DNA of 63,936 nt, the filler included, from Octopus bimaculoides (taxonomy: Eukaryota): the NCBI RefSeq assembly GCF_001194135.2. It is 6 parts of 6 records of this genome, joined end to end, with 100 filler letters (N's around TTAATTAATTAA, not from the genome) between each part and the next. Parts side by side here need not be neighbours in the genome. Positions count along the whole stretch, not along the records: positions 29,440 to 40,148 come from NC_068985.1; positions 40,249 to 50,770 come from NC_068988.1; positions 50,871 to 60,101 come from NW_026346790.1; 3 more parts are not named here. One strand, 5' to 3'. Of the stretch, positions 39,620-53,398 are shown one piece after another; position 1 is the stretch's first letter, and each line of letters begins with the position of its first letter. The notes beneath the pieces are model-generated. The model ran no database searches. It had not been told where the DNA came from and saw only the letters and a list, made by a program, of their open reading frames with translations. A program made the translations under genes and the position numbers.

Positions 39620-40148
39620 CAGGGCGAAGGATGAGGGGACAATACAAAGACAGACATAAAATGTGGGGGTTTACATATAATGGGAATGATAGGAAAAGGA
39701 AGTATACACAGTATACATTAAAAGAAGTGAAGTATACATAGTATACAGAAATATGTAAAAAAAAATTGTGATGGGGTCCTCCTGATGTAGGGGGACCTCT
39801 AGGAATGATCGAGAAACTCCATCATCCAAGATTACCTGGATACTTCGGACGAATACCTTTTCCAACACCTTTCCTATACTGAGAGTGGTACCATCCATCT
39901 AACCATTTTCGCAACTTTCACCCACCTTTTCATAAATTCACTCAAGGACAGCACCTCCCTCACCACCCTCACTTTCCTTTTCAAGTGAAACTTAAAAAAA
40001 GAGGATGAGAGCTTAACCAAAGAGGAATGTTTTTGTTCTCATTCCTTTCAGCCTCGTCCACCAGATAACCCCTTTCGTCACAACTACCAGGCAAAGGAAA
40101 ATTACCTTATCTACCCGATTAAAGGAGGGCGGCGGAGCAATCGTCACT
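39620..40148 (-). mobile_element. Possible L1/Tx1-type LINE 3' fragment
   Basis: GC-elevated block with broken frames resembling the end of ORF2 and an A/T-rich 3' end. Motif evidence is weak. Confidence 0.3.
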
Positions 40149-40248
40149 NNNNNNNNNNNNNNNNNNNNNNNNNNNNNNNNNNNNNNNNNNNNTTAATTAA
40201 TTAANNNNNNNNNNNNNNNNNNNNNNNNNNNNNNNNNNNNNNNNNNNN

Positions 40249-41172
40249 AGAGGTTTGTTGTCATGTATACGTACATGCATAAATATACATACATCTTTGG
40301 ATGTATGCATATCACAACACAGCCCTTGACTCACTCACACTCTGTGTCTTACAAACACGCACGCGCGCGCATACACACGTGTGTCTTTGTAAATATGTTT
40401 GTATACATTTATGTATGTGTGTGTTTGTAAGAGACAGAGTGTGAGTGAGTCAAGGGGTGTGTGTGTGCGTGTGTATGTGTGTGAGACAGAGTGAGAGAGC
40501 GGTGTGTATGTAATATTTACTCTCTCTCTCTCTCTCTCTCTCTCTCATACACACGAACACACACAGTCACACACAAAATAGAGTGAAGCGTTTTGCCGTT
40601 GTTACGTAAATACCGGAGCACGCGCGCGCGCATAAACACGTGTGTCGTTGTAAATATGTTTGTATACATTTATGTATGTGTGTGTTTGTAAGAGACAGAG
40701 TGTGTGTGAGAGAGAAAGGTTTGTTGTCATGTATACGTACATGCATAAATATACATACATCTTTGGATGTATGCATATGACAACGTGTTTGTAAGAGACA
40801 GAGTGTGAGTGAGAGAGAGGTTTGTTGTCATGTATACGTACATGCATAAATATACATACATCTTTGAATGTATGCATATGACAACACAGCCCTTGACTCA
40901 GTCACACTCTGTGTCTTACAAACACGCACGCGCGCGCATACACACGTGTTTCTTTGTAAATATGTTTGTATACATGTATGTATGTGTGTGTCTGTAAGAG
41001 ACAGAGTGTGAGTGTGTCAAGGGGTGTGTGTGTGCGTGTGTATGTGTGTGAGACAGAGTGAGAGAGCGGTGTGTATGTAGTATTTACTTTCTCTCTCTCT
41101 GTGTCTCTCTCTCTCTGTCTCTCTCTCTCTCATACACACGAACACACACACTCACACACAAAATAGAGAGTG
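40249..41172. repeat. Locally duplicated ~340-bp low-complexity unit with internal 40-bp inverted arms
   Basis: 40249-40588 matches 40816-41172. Arms 40319-40358 and 40421-40460 match 38/40. Partial copies occur between them and at 42100-42156. Confidence 0.85.
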
Positions 41173-41403
41173 AAAGCTTTTTGCCGTTGTTACGTCAATA
41201 CCGGAAGTTGACATTGAGGAACCTTTTTAAAGAAGTGAATCTTAAATATAAAGCAATATTATTTATTTTTAATTAAAAAAATCAAATGAAGAGCCTAAGA
41301 TTTGTCCGAGGTCAAATTATTCACGCATCACAAGTATGGAAGCATTTAGTGAAGTCGATTTCACGTGAAAAGCGATTACACACACATCTCTGTTTTATAT
41401 ATA

Positions 41404-41437
<34 letters not shown>

Positions 41438-42328
41438 NNNNNNNNNNNNNNNNNNNNNNNNNNNNNNNNNNNNNNNNNNNNNNNNNNNNNNNNNNNNNNN
41501 NNNNNNNNNNNNNNNNNNNNNNNNNNNNNNNNNNNNNNNNNNNNNNNNNNNNNNNNNNNNNNNNNNNNNNNNNNNNNNNNNNNNNNNNNNNNNNNNNNNN
41601 NNNNNNNNNNNNNNNNNNNNNNNNNNNNNNNNNNNNNNNNNNNNNNNNNNNNNNNNNNNNNNNNNNNNNNNNNNNNNNNNNNNNNNNNNNNNNNNNNNNN
41701 NNNNNNNNNNNNNNNNNNNNNNNNNNNNNNNNNNNNNNNNNNNNNNNNNNNNNNNNNNNNNNNNNNNNNNNNNNNNNNNNNNNNNNNNNNNNNNNNNNNN
41801 NNNNNNNNNNNNNNNNNNNNNNNNNNNNNNNNNNNNNNNNNNNNNNNNNNNNNNNNNNNNNNNNNNNNNNNNNNNNNNNNNNNNNNNNNNNNNNNNNNNN
41901 NNNNNNNNNNNNNNNNNNNNNNNNNNNNNNNNNNNNNNNNNNNNNNNNNNNNNNNNNNNNNNNNNNNNNNNNNNNNNNNNNNNNNNNNNNNNNNNNNNNN
42001 NNNNNNNNNNNNNNNNNNNNNNNNNNNNNNNNNNNNNNNNNNNNNNNNNNNNNNNNNNNNNNNNNNNNNNNNNNNNNNNNNNNNNNNNNNNNNNNNNNGT
42101 CTCTCTCTCTCTCATACACACGAACACACACACTCACACACAAAATAGAGAGTGAATGCAGGGATATTGTATTTGTAAATCCTTATATTCACACGCTGAT
42201 ATATGACCTACGTTGGACTCCTTATTCGCATAATCACCGAGTCTGGAGCTTAACTGTGGTCTATTCATAGCACTTACTCAGCATTACCTGAAACCTCTGG
42301 GTCTAATTGACACCACTACCGCTCATAA

Positions 42329-42382
<54 letters not shown>

Positions 42383-42828
42383 TGCACACACATGCACACA
42401 AATCAAATATACTCTCATATACATGCATTCTGATACATATTGATACATACAGGTACACATTCAAATATGTATATATATATATATATCCACACAAATAACT
42501 CACATTAAATATATGTTTTTGTTTGTCTCAGTAGAAATATACCCCTAATTCATCACTAATTTATCTATACTTATTTTATTTAAAACATTTCATCTTTCTT
42601 TGTTTTGTCTTTTCACTTACTGATCATCCCTTATTTACCTTTAATTGTGTTTATCTCGCTTTTCAAGTCATTTGTCAATTTTTGTTTTGCTCTGAATATG
42701 ACAAATTAAAATAAAACTAATATTTACAATCTGAACAATAGTTGTAGTCCACTCTCACGTTGGTCTTTACCCTTCCCGAATTTCTCCAAAATTGTGTGTG
42801 TATAAAAGTGTTGTATGTGCAATCGTTG

Positions 42829-42869
<41 letters not shown>

Positions 42870-42930
42870 GGTTGAATCAGGAAATAAAGTGAATATTTAA
42901 GGAGTAATTGTTTTGTCCTTTTTGTTGTAT

Positions 42931-43395
42931 GCACAAAATCTGAAATTTTTGGGTGGGAGGACTCTAATGGAACACATCTACCCCAATGCTCAACTGCCTC
43001 CTATTTTATCGACTCCAGGAGGATGAAAGGCAAACTTAACTTCGGCAGAATTTAAGCTCAAAACATAAAGACGGACGAAATAGCGCTAAGCATTTTGTCC
43101 GGCGTGCTAACGATTCTGCCAGCCTTGCAGGTGAAATAAATTAAGACAAAGAAATATATGCAACAACTGATTAGTTAAACAAAGGCGGTGAGCTGGCAAA
43201 ATCGCTAGATTGTTGGACAAACTGTTTGGCAGTATTACTTCTTGCCCTTTATGTTCCGAATTCAAATCTTATTAACTTCGCTTTTCATCCTTTTGTGGTC
43301 AATAAAATAGAGTACCTGTTAAATACTCGGATCCATGTAACTGAAGACCCCTCCTGCAAAAATTTCTGGCCTTGTGCTAAGATTTGAAAGAAATG
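42931..43395. mobile_element. Head-to-head pair of SINE family 4 copies
   Basis: Minus copy at about 42931-43126 and plus copy at about 43182-43395, separated by about 55 bp. Confidence 0.8.
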
Positions 43396-44202
43396 TATTT
43401 GATGAACAGCAAATTAAGATTCTAATTACACGCAGCTTTCAGCTTAAATTCTGTATCCATCTGATACAGAAGTATCAATTTATCATGTTAGCCTACTTAA
43501 TGAATTTCAATACTAATGTGTTTTATGTATTTATATGTTAATCCCTGCGTGAGTGTTTGGAACTTTTATAAATCACAATGGTATTGTCATAAAAAATTAT
43601 TAAATATAGTTCAGAAGTGGTGAGGAATTATATAAAGTCAATTAAATAATGCTACTACTTAATTGCGCATATAGAAGTAAAGTTGGGGTGGAGAGAACAC
43701 GCCTGAATATAGAAAAAAAGTCAAATGCAGCACAGAGAGTTAAGCATAATAAAAATCTAATTTTGTTATTATCCTTATAAGTGGCCAATTTTATAATTAA
43801 CACGTGAGACATATTCGACAGCAAAGTAATAATCACATACACGAAATACGCGCGCGCGCGACACACAGAATCGCAAACACGTACATATAAATATCCTATG
43901 TACACACACGCACACATGCACACAGACAGACAAACAGAGACACACGCACACACACATGCGTGCATATACACATGTACACACACACACACATACACGCATA
44001 TACTCGCATATATATTTTATGGACACATACATATACATATTTGTGCGTGTATATATATATATATGCGTGTGTATGTGTGTATATATACATATATATGTAT
44101 ATATACATATATACATTTGTATGTATGCATATATATGTATGTACATATGTATATATATCTTTATATATATGTGTGTATATGTATATACATATATACATAT
44201 AT

Positions 44203-44985
44203 ATGGTGCGATGAGTAAATTGTCGCCATTTTATATTTTTAATTTAACGCATGCGCATTGATTGTTTTTGATTTTGTCGACTACACAGTATAGTAAGGTC
44301 AGTTGGGCACTGTCTATGCGCAAAACAGCACCATGTTGCAATTCACTCTTCCAAAAATTTAAAAAGGACATGCTATACTGCTAGGCATTCGTGCCGGAAC
44401 CTCTAATACTAACAGATGGTAAACACACAGAACAACCGTTGTCTTGCCGTCACCCGAAAACATGTACCGAGAGTGATAAAAATCAAACATCCAGCCAACA
44501 TCATGGTCTTCTGAGCGATTACTAGTGATGATGACATTACGCATCCAGTCATCTTCCCTTCCCACACGGCTTCAGGCTCAACACGGAGGCCGATATCAAG
44601 CGCCTAGAGGAGATAGCGCTGCCCTGGGTCAAGGGGGTGGCTGCTGGAAGGCCCTATGTCTAGCAACAGGACTGTGCACTATGCCACACAAGCAGGAGAA
44701 CCCAGTCATAGTTGTCTGACAATTTCTGCAACCACATCACCCCTAACATCAGGCCACCTAACTCCCCAGACTGCAATCCCCTTCATCATTATGTGTGACA
44801 TCAAAAATGAACTGAAGGCAAAGATTATGGCAGCATTCACCAACTTAAACAAGGAAACAGTCTAGAAGAGTTGCAGGAAATTTCGAAGTCGTCTGGAGGT
44901 CGTGTTTGAAACCAATGGCGATTTTATTGAATAAATTTACTCTTCAGTATTTCAAGATATATTTATGTAATTTTGGTAAATATAT
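44203..44985 (+). mobile_element. Internally deleted maT (DD37D) transposon relic
   Basis: Frame QQD-CALCHTSRRTQS*LSDNFCNHITPNIRPPNSPDCNPL-H has exactly 37 residues between the second Asp and the third catalytic position (D>H). C-terminus KAKIMAAFTNLNKETV*KSCRKFRSRLEVVFETNGDFIE* ends at 44934. Confidence 0.85.
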
Positions 44986-45799
44986 CTGATGAAGGAAAAT
45001 GTACTCTATGTGGCTTGTGTGTTTTCTGTACTCTGGTTATTATTATTTTCTTGTCTACGTATTGTTTGCAATGTCCTGTACCCAGATATGCACCTATATA
45101 TACAGGTAGACGTAGGTATGCACATACCTGTACGTATATATGCATATACTCATTTATTATTTGTTTTTTATATATATATATATACATACACACACAATGT
45201 CGTCTGTGATTCAGCGGTGTGTGAGTTACTCCCTGACGATGTTGATGCTACCTTTCTAATTCAATGTCTGATGAGAAAGAGAAGCGGTCATTTAAATCTA
45301 AAAAGGGATGCTCAGAAAGCAAAGATAATGCGTTCCTTGAATTCTGATATCGTGTAGTGTCAGGAAATAAAGGAAACCGAAAATAGTTAATAGAGTGACC
45401 GGGTGTACTGAAATACAGGGTCACAGATTAATATATATTATATATTTTCAACTCTCAAACCTACTTTTATATATATATATAAAACCAGTCACCGTGATTG
45501 ATCGCTAAATCCACAGGTTTTTTTTATTCCCTCTGTGTTTCATACCTCGTGTTCCTTTCTGTTGAGGCGCGTAGGCTTGAAACCTAAAAGACTTTCTCAC
45601 TTTCCCGAGCGTCAAACTAATACACCTGTTAGTTGTTTATACACTTGTCTTCGTCTTTTCTTTTTCTGTAAATATATATATATGTTTGGTATGCTGCTAT
45701 ATTTCATGTTGAGAACAATTTAGGTCTTAATAAACACAAGATGTGATCTATTTCTAGCACATTAATTGTCCACGTTAGTGGTCAACGTTATATATAAAT

Positions 45800-45849
<50 letters not shown>

Positions 45850-46026
45850 AATAATAAATGAGTATATGCATATATACGTACAGGTATGTGCATACCTACG
45901 TCTACCTGCATATATAGGTGCATATCTGGGTACAGGACATTGCAAACAAAACGTAGACAAAAAAAATAATAATAACCAGAGTACGGAACACGCAGACACC
46001 ACATAGAGAACATTTTTCTTCATCAG
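44985..46026. repeat. About 190-bp inverted repeat pair
   Basis: 44985-45175 is the reverse complement of about 45840-46026 (roughly 85-90% identical by eye). A partial third, direct copy lies at about 46088-46150. Confidence 0.9.
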
Positions 46027-46423
46027 CTACCCCCATTCTAACAGGCATTTCGAAGAGTAGGGCAATATATAAATATATATATATATGTCGGTATGCACAT
46101 ACCTGTACGTATATATGCATATACTCATTTACTATTTGTTTATATATATGTATNNNNNNNNNNNNNNNNNNNNNNNNNNNNNNNNNNNNNNNNNNNNNNN
46201 NNNNNNNNNNNNNNNNNNNNNNNNNNNNNNNNNNNNNNNNNNNNNNNNCCCCCACCATTTCTTGACAACCGATGTTGGTGTGTTCACGTCCCCGTAAGCA
46301 AAAGACCGATAGAATACGTACTAGGCTTACAAAGAATATATCTTGAAGTCGATTTGTACGACTAAAGGCAATGCTCCAGCATGGCCGCAGTCAAATGACT
46401 GAAACAAATAAAAAAATAAAAGA

Positions 46424-46465
<42 letters not shown>

Positions 46466-46850
46466 GTGTGTTCTTTGTGCTATCTCACCTCTAGTCATCC
46501 AGTGTCGCTTTATTTTTGTTTTCGTAGTGTAGCAGTTCGTCAGGAAGTAACCGTTGGAATAAGTACCAGACATACAAAAATAAGTACTAGGGTCGATTTC
46601 ATCTGAAAAAAGCAAAAGTATATGTATGCATGTATTTGAATATGTTTGTATGTATGAATATATTTATGTATGTGTGTGCGTGCGTGTGCGTGCGTCCATG
46701 TTTGCAGGTATTCCCGGTGGCCTTGCATTTAAGTGTTTGTCTGTATAATATCCTCTCTGTATCACGCAACATAAAGCGAGGTTTAATTACTTTTATTTCA
46801 ATACGATTTCCGAGCAGCTTTTGTTGATGTTCTTGCTGTTTTTTTAATTT

Positions 46851-46882
<32 letters not shown>

Positions 46883-46889
46883 CTGCTAC

Positions 46890-46935
<46 letters not shown>

Positions 46936-47122
46936 GATGCTGTTGTTGCTGTTCATGTTAATATGGTTATTGTTCACTGGTGTTACGGTCGTTGCCTTCA
47001 TTGTGTGGATATGTTTGACTTTCACTCAATTGAAAGGTCAAGGTGTTAAGGACACTTGTACTTTGTCGTGAGATTTCATATCCTGCTTACTGTCTACTTC
47101 TTCCTCTTCACCTGTTTGAGCT

Positions 47123-47216
<94 letters not shown>

Positions 47217-47821
47217 CGCACACACACACGCACACACGCACACACGCACACACGCACACACGCACGCACGCACGCACACACACACGGTTTCATTATGCCA
47301 ATACATGCAAATATATTTCTTTATCTTTCTCCCTCACCCGATACCTTTTTCTTCTTCATCTTCAAACATAATTACAGTCATATCAAGGAAACCTTATATC
47401 AATATTTTGCAGACCCCACCACTTAAACTTTCCCCTCCTTTAACCTGTGTGTGTGCGTGTGTGTGTGCGTGGGTGTGGGTGTGTGTGCGTGTGTGTGTGC
47501 GTGTGAAAGAGAAATATAATTTCCACAAAAAATAACAAAAATATTTAAGTAACATATATAAGCATACTTTATTCTTTTTATTAATTGGTCTTCGATAAAT
47601 TGATTTGTCCGTCACAAACGATGATCGATCGCAACAAAATGTACGTATCTGATCTGAGGCTTCATTTACTGTTTCAGGAGATATAAAAAGGAACAAAATG
47701 CAGGGTAGGTGACTATCAGAGATCTATTCACAAACGGGGATTTTATAGAACAAAGTTTGCTTTTTAGGCACCCGCAAACACACGCACTTACACATACACG
47801 TGCAATACATACATACATACA

Positions 47822-47855
<34 letters not shown>

Positions 47856-47887
47856 CAAACATACGTATTTATATTTACATATATATA

Positions 47888-47932
<45 letters not shown>

Positions 47933-49310
47933 GCATGTATGCACAAACATACGCATGCACGCACATACACACACACGAACACATGTATCTGCTGAGCATT
48001 AATCTACCGATGATCAAAACTGATATCTTTTCACTAGCATCATGTTCTGGCAGATTTGAACTTGAAAATGCTTCTTGATGCTGGATTCCGTCTTTGAAGA
48101 ACAACTTCACCCTCTTGACGATGTGTATTTACAACGCGCTTCAGAGACATAGCTAAATCTGCGGCACCGGTGTCTTGGCATGATTGAGTCTCTTCAGTCA
48201 GAGGTAGTACCCAGATACTCGAAGTTAAACAAGAACGATCGTCCTTATTTGTAGAATTTAGTAAACAAAATATTTGTTGCTGGCTAAGCTCTACTCGAGC
48301 ATTTGCACAGGGATATTTAAATCTCTGCCTGAAGGATGGTGTATGTTTTTATATAAGTGAGCATGAAATCATTTGAAACAAAACCACATACAAGCATGGA
48401 CAAAATGTAGTTAAATCAGAGTAACTGGATCTCATTCTAGTTGGAAAGCAGAATATTTTTAAAGACCCACGTTGCCTTTCCTTTGGAGACCTTCCTTGGC
48501 ATTTAACGAAATCAGAGATTTGGAAATAGCTATCAGTATCACCTAGACTACCTACATCTTTAATATAAACGATGGTCCCAGAACTTTCCGTCACGATATC
48601 AAGTTGTCATCATTCTTCTGTTCTCAAGTTTTGTACAGCCTCAACGAGAACGATGTTTCCCACCTTGTTCTTCCCATACCAAACGAGTTATTCTAAGTAG
48701 GGTTCAAAGAACATCAATTACAATGAAAACACAAATAACCGTTCCTTATTTAACATTATTCTGCAACAAATCTGGACGAACCGTTATCGGGACAAATTTC
48801 TCTGAGGAATGCTTCGGCCAACAACAAATTCCAAACTGGAGTGAATTTAACAAACTATGGCTTAAACGATTTCTCTTGTCAGTGTGATTAAGCTAGACAA
48901 AGATTAGGACAATGCTGGCGGAAGCAACTAATTTTATCTAAGTTTATATACACATACAACGATACGTTTGCATACTCTTGTATACTTCCGTGTATTCCTT
49001 ATACTTTATGCAGTATACTGCCATGTGTTAAAGTAACAATGGTCAATTTTAATATGCTGCTTCTACCTTTCAATAACAAGGAACTGCGGCTGCGGTGTTG
49101 ATACCAGCAATGAGCTGTATATTGTGGGAACACTCATATACCACTGTGTATATCCAAAGAACACCTATATATAGCTATATATACTGTAAGTTCGTATATG
49201 CAGATATCTATACAGTAGGAACACCTATATAGTTATATATGCCTTAAGAACATGTCATTCTGTCTGTCTCTCTCCCTCTCCTCCATTCTCTCTCTCTCCT
49301 TCTCTCTCTT

Positions 49311-49363
<53 letters not shown>

Positions 49364-50726
49364 TTATATAGTGATAGAAGTGTTCGTCATTGATAGTTGA
49401 ATATTTTTGTCTGCGACACACATCAGTGCATCAATGATTATATATGAATGATTGATTGTTGAAGGCAGTAGTGTGATGTAGCTTCGAATTCATTCAGTCT
49501 CACGTGTACAGTGTTACTAAAACACAACATGAGAATAGGGTGGCAGTAAATAAATAAATAAATAAATGATAAATAAATAACTAGAAAAATATGAAACAGT
49601 GAATCAGACAATTGGCAAGGTAGGAGTGTGGGTGTAAACAAACGAGACATTAACAAATATTCAGTAGAAGGATAAATAGAGTTCAATAATTGTTGAACAA
49701 TATTCTTGCTACAACATTTGCCACCGACTTGCTTGTTATCTTGTTCCGAAAGTCGATTTTTTCGACCATAAAATTACAACAGCATATTCATGCGAAAAGA
49801 GATTTCTTTGACAGTTGAACGCTCACCGCTGATCAAAGGGCTGTTAATGGTAACAGTCAGCTCTATTGAACACTGGAGATGAACTGAGGCGGGCAGAGAC
49901 TCGTAGACACAGAAATTTCCGCAGATGTAACCGCAAATATAGAGGAAGAATAGGCTCTCGTTTGTGAATAGTTAACTGAAAAGAAGAACGGGAGGGCTGT
50001 GTATTATTCTATTTTCTGATAACTGCTTTCTCCCGGTCAGCGCTGCGGTAAGATAGCGTGGAATATATTACACCTTGCTTTCATTAAAATCTGCGGCTCC
50101 ATTCATCGCCACACCACCAGCCTGTTCTCTCTCAATAGAAAGAAAAATCATGAAAATTACAACCAGATATAATGGAGATAATACTTATAAGATATTTTTT
50201 TAATTAATATTCAAAGGTTTGTGAATTATATTAGTAGCTACAAGTTAAATGGTAGTGTGCATCTATAGCTTATAACGTATAATTTGAATAATACTTGACA
50301 AACACAACAATCTAACGAACGAACAAATACTACAGCATTTAATTTCTATTACTGTATTTTGATAGAGTCATATTGTCTTTACACTGAACAAATTCACAAT
50401 TGAAATTTACTTGTTTCTTACGTTTAATATAGTGTTTTCCATATATATATATATGTATATATATATATAAATGTATCTATGTGTGTATGACTACATACAC
50501 ATACACACACACACGCACGCACACACACACGCACACACGTATACACACGCACGTGCATTTGTAAGTATACATGTATATATAAAAAAACTATAGTTCTTTC
50601 TTTTTAAAATGTACAGGAGTATTTGTGACTGAGACAAGTAAATTAGACAGGTCGATTGATAATGGATAGATGCATGTATGCATAGATTGAGAGACAATAT
50701 CTGTCTGTATGCGTGTGTATGTCTGC

Positions 50727-50770
<44 letters not shown>

Positions 50771-52358
50771 NNNNNNNNNNNNNNNNNNNNNNNNNNNNNN
50801 NNNNNNNNNNNNNNTTAATTAATTAANNNNNNNNNNNNNNNNNNNNNNNNNNNNNNNNNNNNNNNNNNNNTATCACTGATCAGCACCCAGCCTTGCATCT
50901 TCACATGTCTATGTTCATACTTTACACATTTCTTAACTCTTATATGATTTTTTTATGTTTCTTCACTTAACAGTTTTATAATTTACATTATACAAACTTA
51001 CATTGATATTTATGATTTTAATTAAACCTTCTAAATTTCCAAATATATAATTTTTTAATCCATAACTTTTTAATTTTTAATTCCTTTATCCTTAGGTTTT
51101 TAATTCAATTTTTTATTGTTTTATTTTTAACTTTTTCTTTTTTTATTTTAATATTTCAACTTTAATTCTAATTTTTATTTTAAATTTCAAAATGTTTCTA
51201 AATTTTTATTTTTTTCAATTTTAAACTTTAATTTAATTTCTTAATTTGAAATATTTAATTTTTCCAAAACATTTCCTAAGTTTATTTTTAATTTAAGTTG
51301 AGTTTTTAATTTTCTTCTTTATTTTACCTTGGTTTCTTTAATATATTTCATTATATTTTAATCTCAACCGTACACAAATGCAAAAAGAAGAAAAAATGTC
51401 TCATAGTCAAGTTTTAAAAAGTGGTTCATCTTGAATGGTCAAAACATTCAGTGATGGCCTTCAATTTACGCTAATGGTGTTTCCTCCTTAATTAAACATG
51501 CTTGCACCTGTTGAACAATGGCAACAAGTATGAAATAAATTGCTGTCAAATAACACAGATTTCTAAATGTAAGTCTTCTATGACTGTGTCATGTAATAAA
51601 TTTAGTACTCTATTTCCAACAATATTTTGGTCTTGTTTTATTATTACGCATGTGCCTTGTCAATGTACACAAACACATACACACACACACACGACCGGCT
51701 TCTTTCAGTTCCTAACCCATGCTACAATGGACAGACAGACATGGAACTCTACTACTAACTTAGCGGTTTTTGATTTCTCCCCTTTTTCCCTCCCTCCTAT
51801 AAGAGGGAGGGAAAAAGGGGAGAAATCAAAATATACATCACAATGTATTTTAATGAAAAGGGGAGGAGAAAAAGATGTTGTGAGAGAAATAGAGTGTATA
51901 TGTGAAAGATAAATAGAGAGATAATGTTGTCACCATAGTCTGGCTCCATCACAATATCTATTAGAGGGGGGAGAAAAGTCATTGAGAGAGAAATACAGTA
52001 AGAGAGAGGGTGTGTGGGTGTGTGAAAGATGGATAGATTGTGTTATCACTATCATATCTAACAAGTCTTGAAAGATATATAGTTTTGTTGTTGTTTGTGT
52101 GTGTCTTTCAACATACAGAGAATGCCATACAGACTTTAAAAAAGACTTTCACTTTGAATAAAAGAAGGGGAGAAGAAAAGGTTGTTGTTTAGAGAGAAAT
52201 ACAGTAAGAGCGAGTGAAAGATTAATAAGTATTGTTGTCACCATAGTAAGTAATAAGTTTTGATTAAAATTTTAGGTGTAAGTCTCAACACAAGGGAACA
52301 CAAGCTTCAATAAATGACTATATATATATGATACTATTTACTATTTACTATTTTACTA

Positions 52359-52720
52359 TTTTACTTGTTTCAGTCTTTTGACTGTGGCCATGCTGGAGCA
52401 CCGCCTTTAGTCGAGCAAATCGACCCCAGGACTTATTCGTTGTAAGCCTAGTACTTATTCTATCGGTCTCTTTTGCCGAACCGCTAAGTTACGGGGATAT
52501 AAACACACCAGCATCGGTTGTCAAGCGATGTTGGGGGGACAAACACAGACACACACATATATATATACATATACATATATACGACGGGCTTCTTTCAGTT
52601 TCCATCTACCAAATCCACTCACAAGGCTTTGGTCGGCCCGAGGCTATAGTAGAAGACACTTGCCCAAGATGCCACGCAGTGGGACTGAACCCGGTACCAT
52701 GTGGTTGGTAAGGAAGCTAC
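52359..52720 (-). mobile_element. tRNA-related SINE, family 3
   Basis: Head ...ccaaccacatggtaccgggttcagtcccactgcgtggcatcttgggcaag, internal (TA/TG)n, tail gctccagcatggccacagtcaaaagactgaaacaagtaaaa. Partial copies at about 9223-9391, 27151-27320, 29505-29685, 46258-46420, 60202-60335, 62325-62455 and 63890-63936. Confidence 0.85.
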
Positions 52721-53358
52721 ATATAGTTATTTTTATTTTTGTTTTTGTGCGTGTGTGTGTATGGTCTGTATTTGTTTCAACATATAGACACAGACTTAAA
52801 AAATAACTAGATATATATGTGTGTATATACATATATATTCCTTTTCTTTTTCCTCCCCTAATCCTTTTAACCAATTCCATTTTTCTTCTAACATTCTTAT
52901 CTCTTCTCTTCTCTCTATCTACTTCCCCCTATCAGTATATTCTCAAAATTTCATTTACATTACAAGATCCTTTTGAATGAACAGCACATGGAATTAATAT
53001 CTGCACACTACCCATTTGAAATAACAGCATATGAACTCCTATCAGAATTTACACACCATGGACAAGAAGCCTCTTTACCCATTCTACACAGCACATTCCT
53101 TGGATAACAGAACAACAACTTTAACATCCAACATGTACTATTAATTTAATATTTCTCTTTATACTTTCTGTATCTCTCCCGTTCCAAAATAACTTCTTGT
53201 ATAATGAACTCTACTACTAATTCCTTGAACTGAAATTCTCTTAACTCATTTCTAATGATAGGATACCATTTATTTCCCTGAAACAGCTGTAAGACCACCT
53301 TTCTCTTTATAAGTGTCCTAGAAATATCACATTGCCTTGGCCTTGTTATCTTATTTCA

Positions 53359-53396
<38 letters not shown>

Positions 53397-53398
<2 letters not shown>

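Noticed and set aside
46005-46070. Split hammerhead cores (cgaaat...ctgatgaag on the minus strand) at the end of the 190-bp repeat
   Set aside because: I could not close stems I and II in any permutation.
48340-48700. Possible BEL/Pao integrase C-terminal remnant (KVGNIVLVE)
   Set aside because: Single short motif, no supporting LTR or neighbouring domains.
50880-51365. Extremely T-rich 480-bp tract as a matrix-attachment or origin element
   Set aside because: Low-complexity DNA next to a gap; function cannot be supported from sequence.
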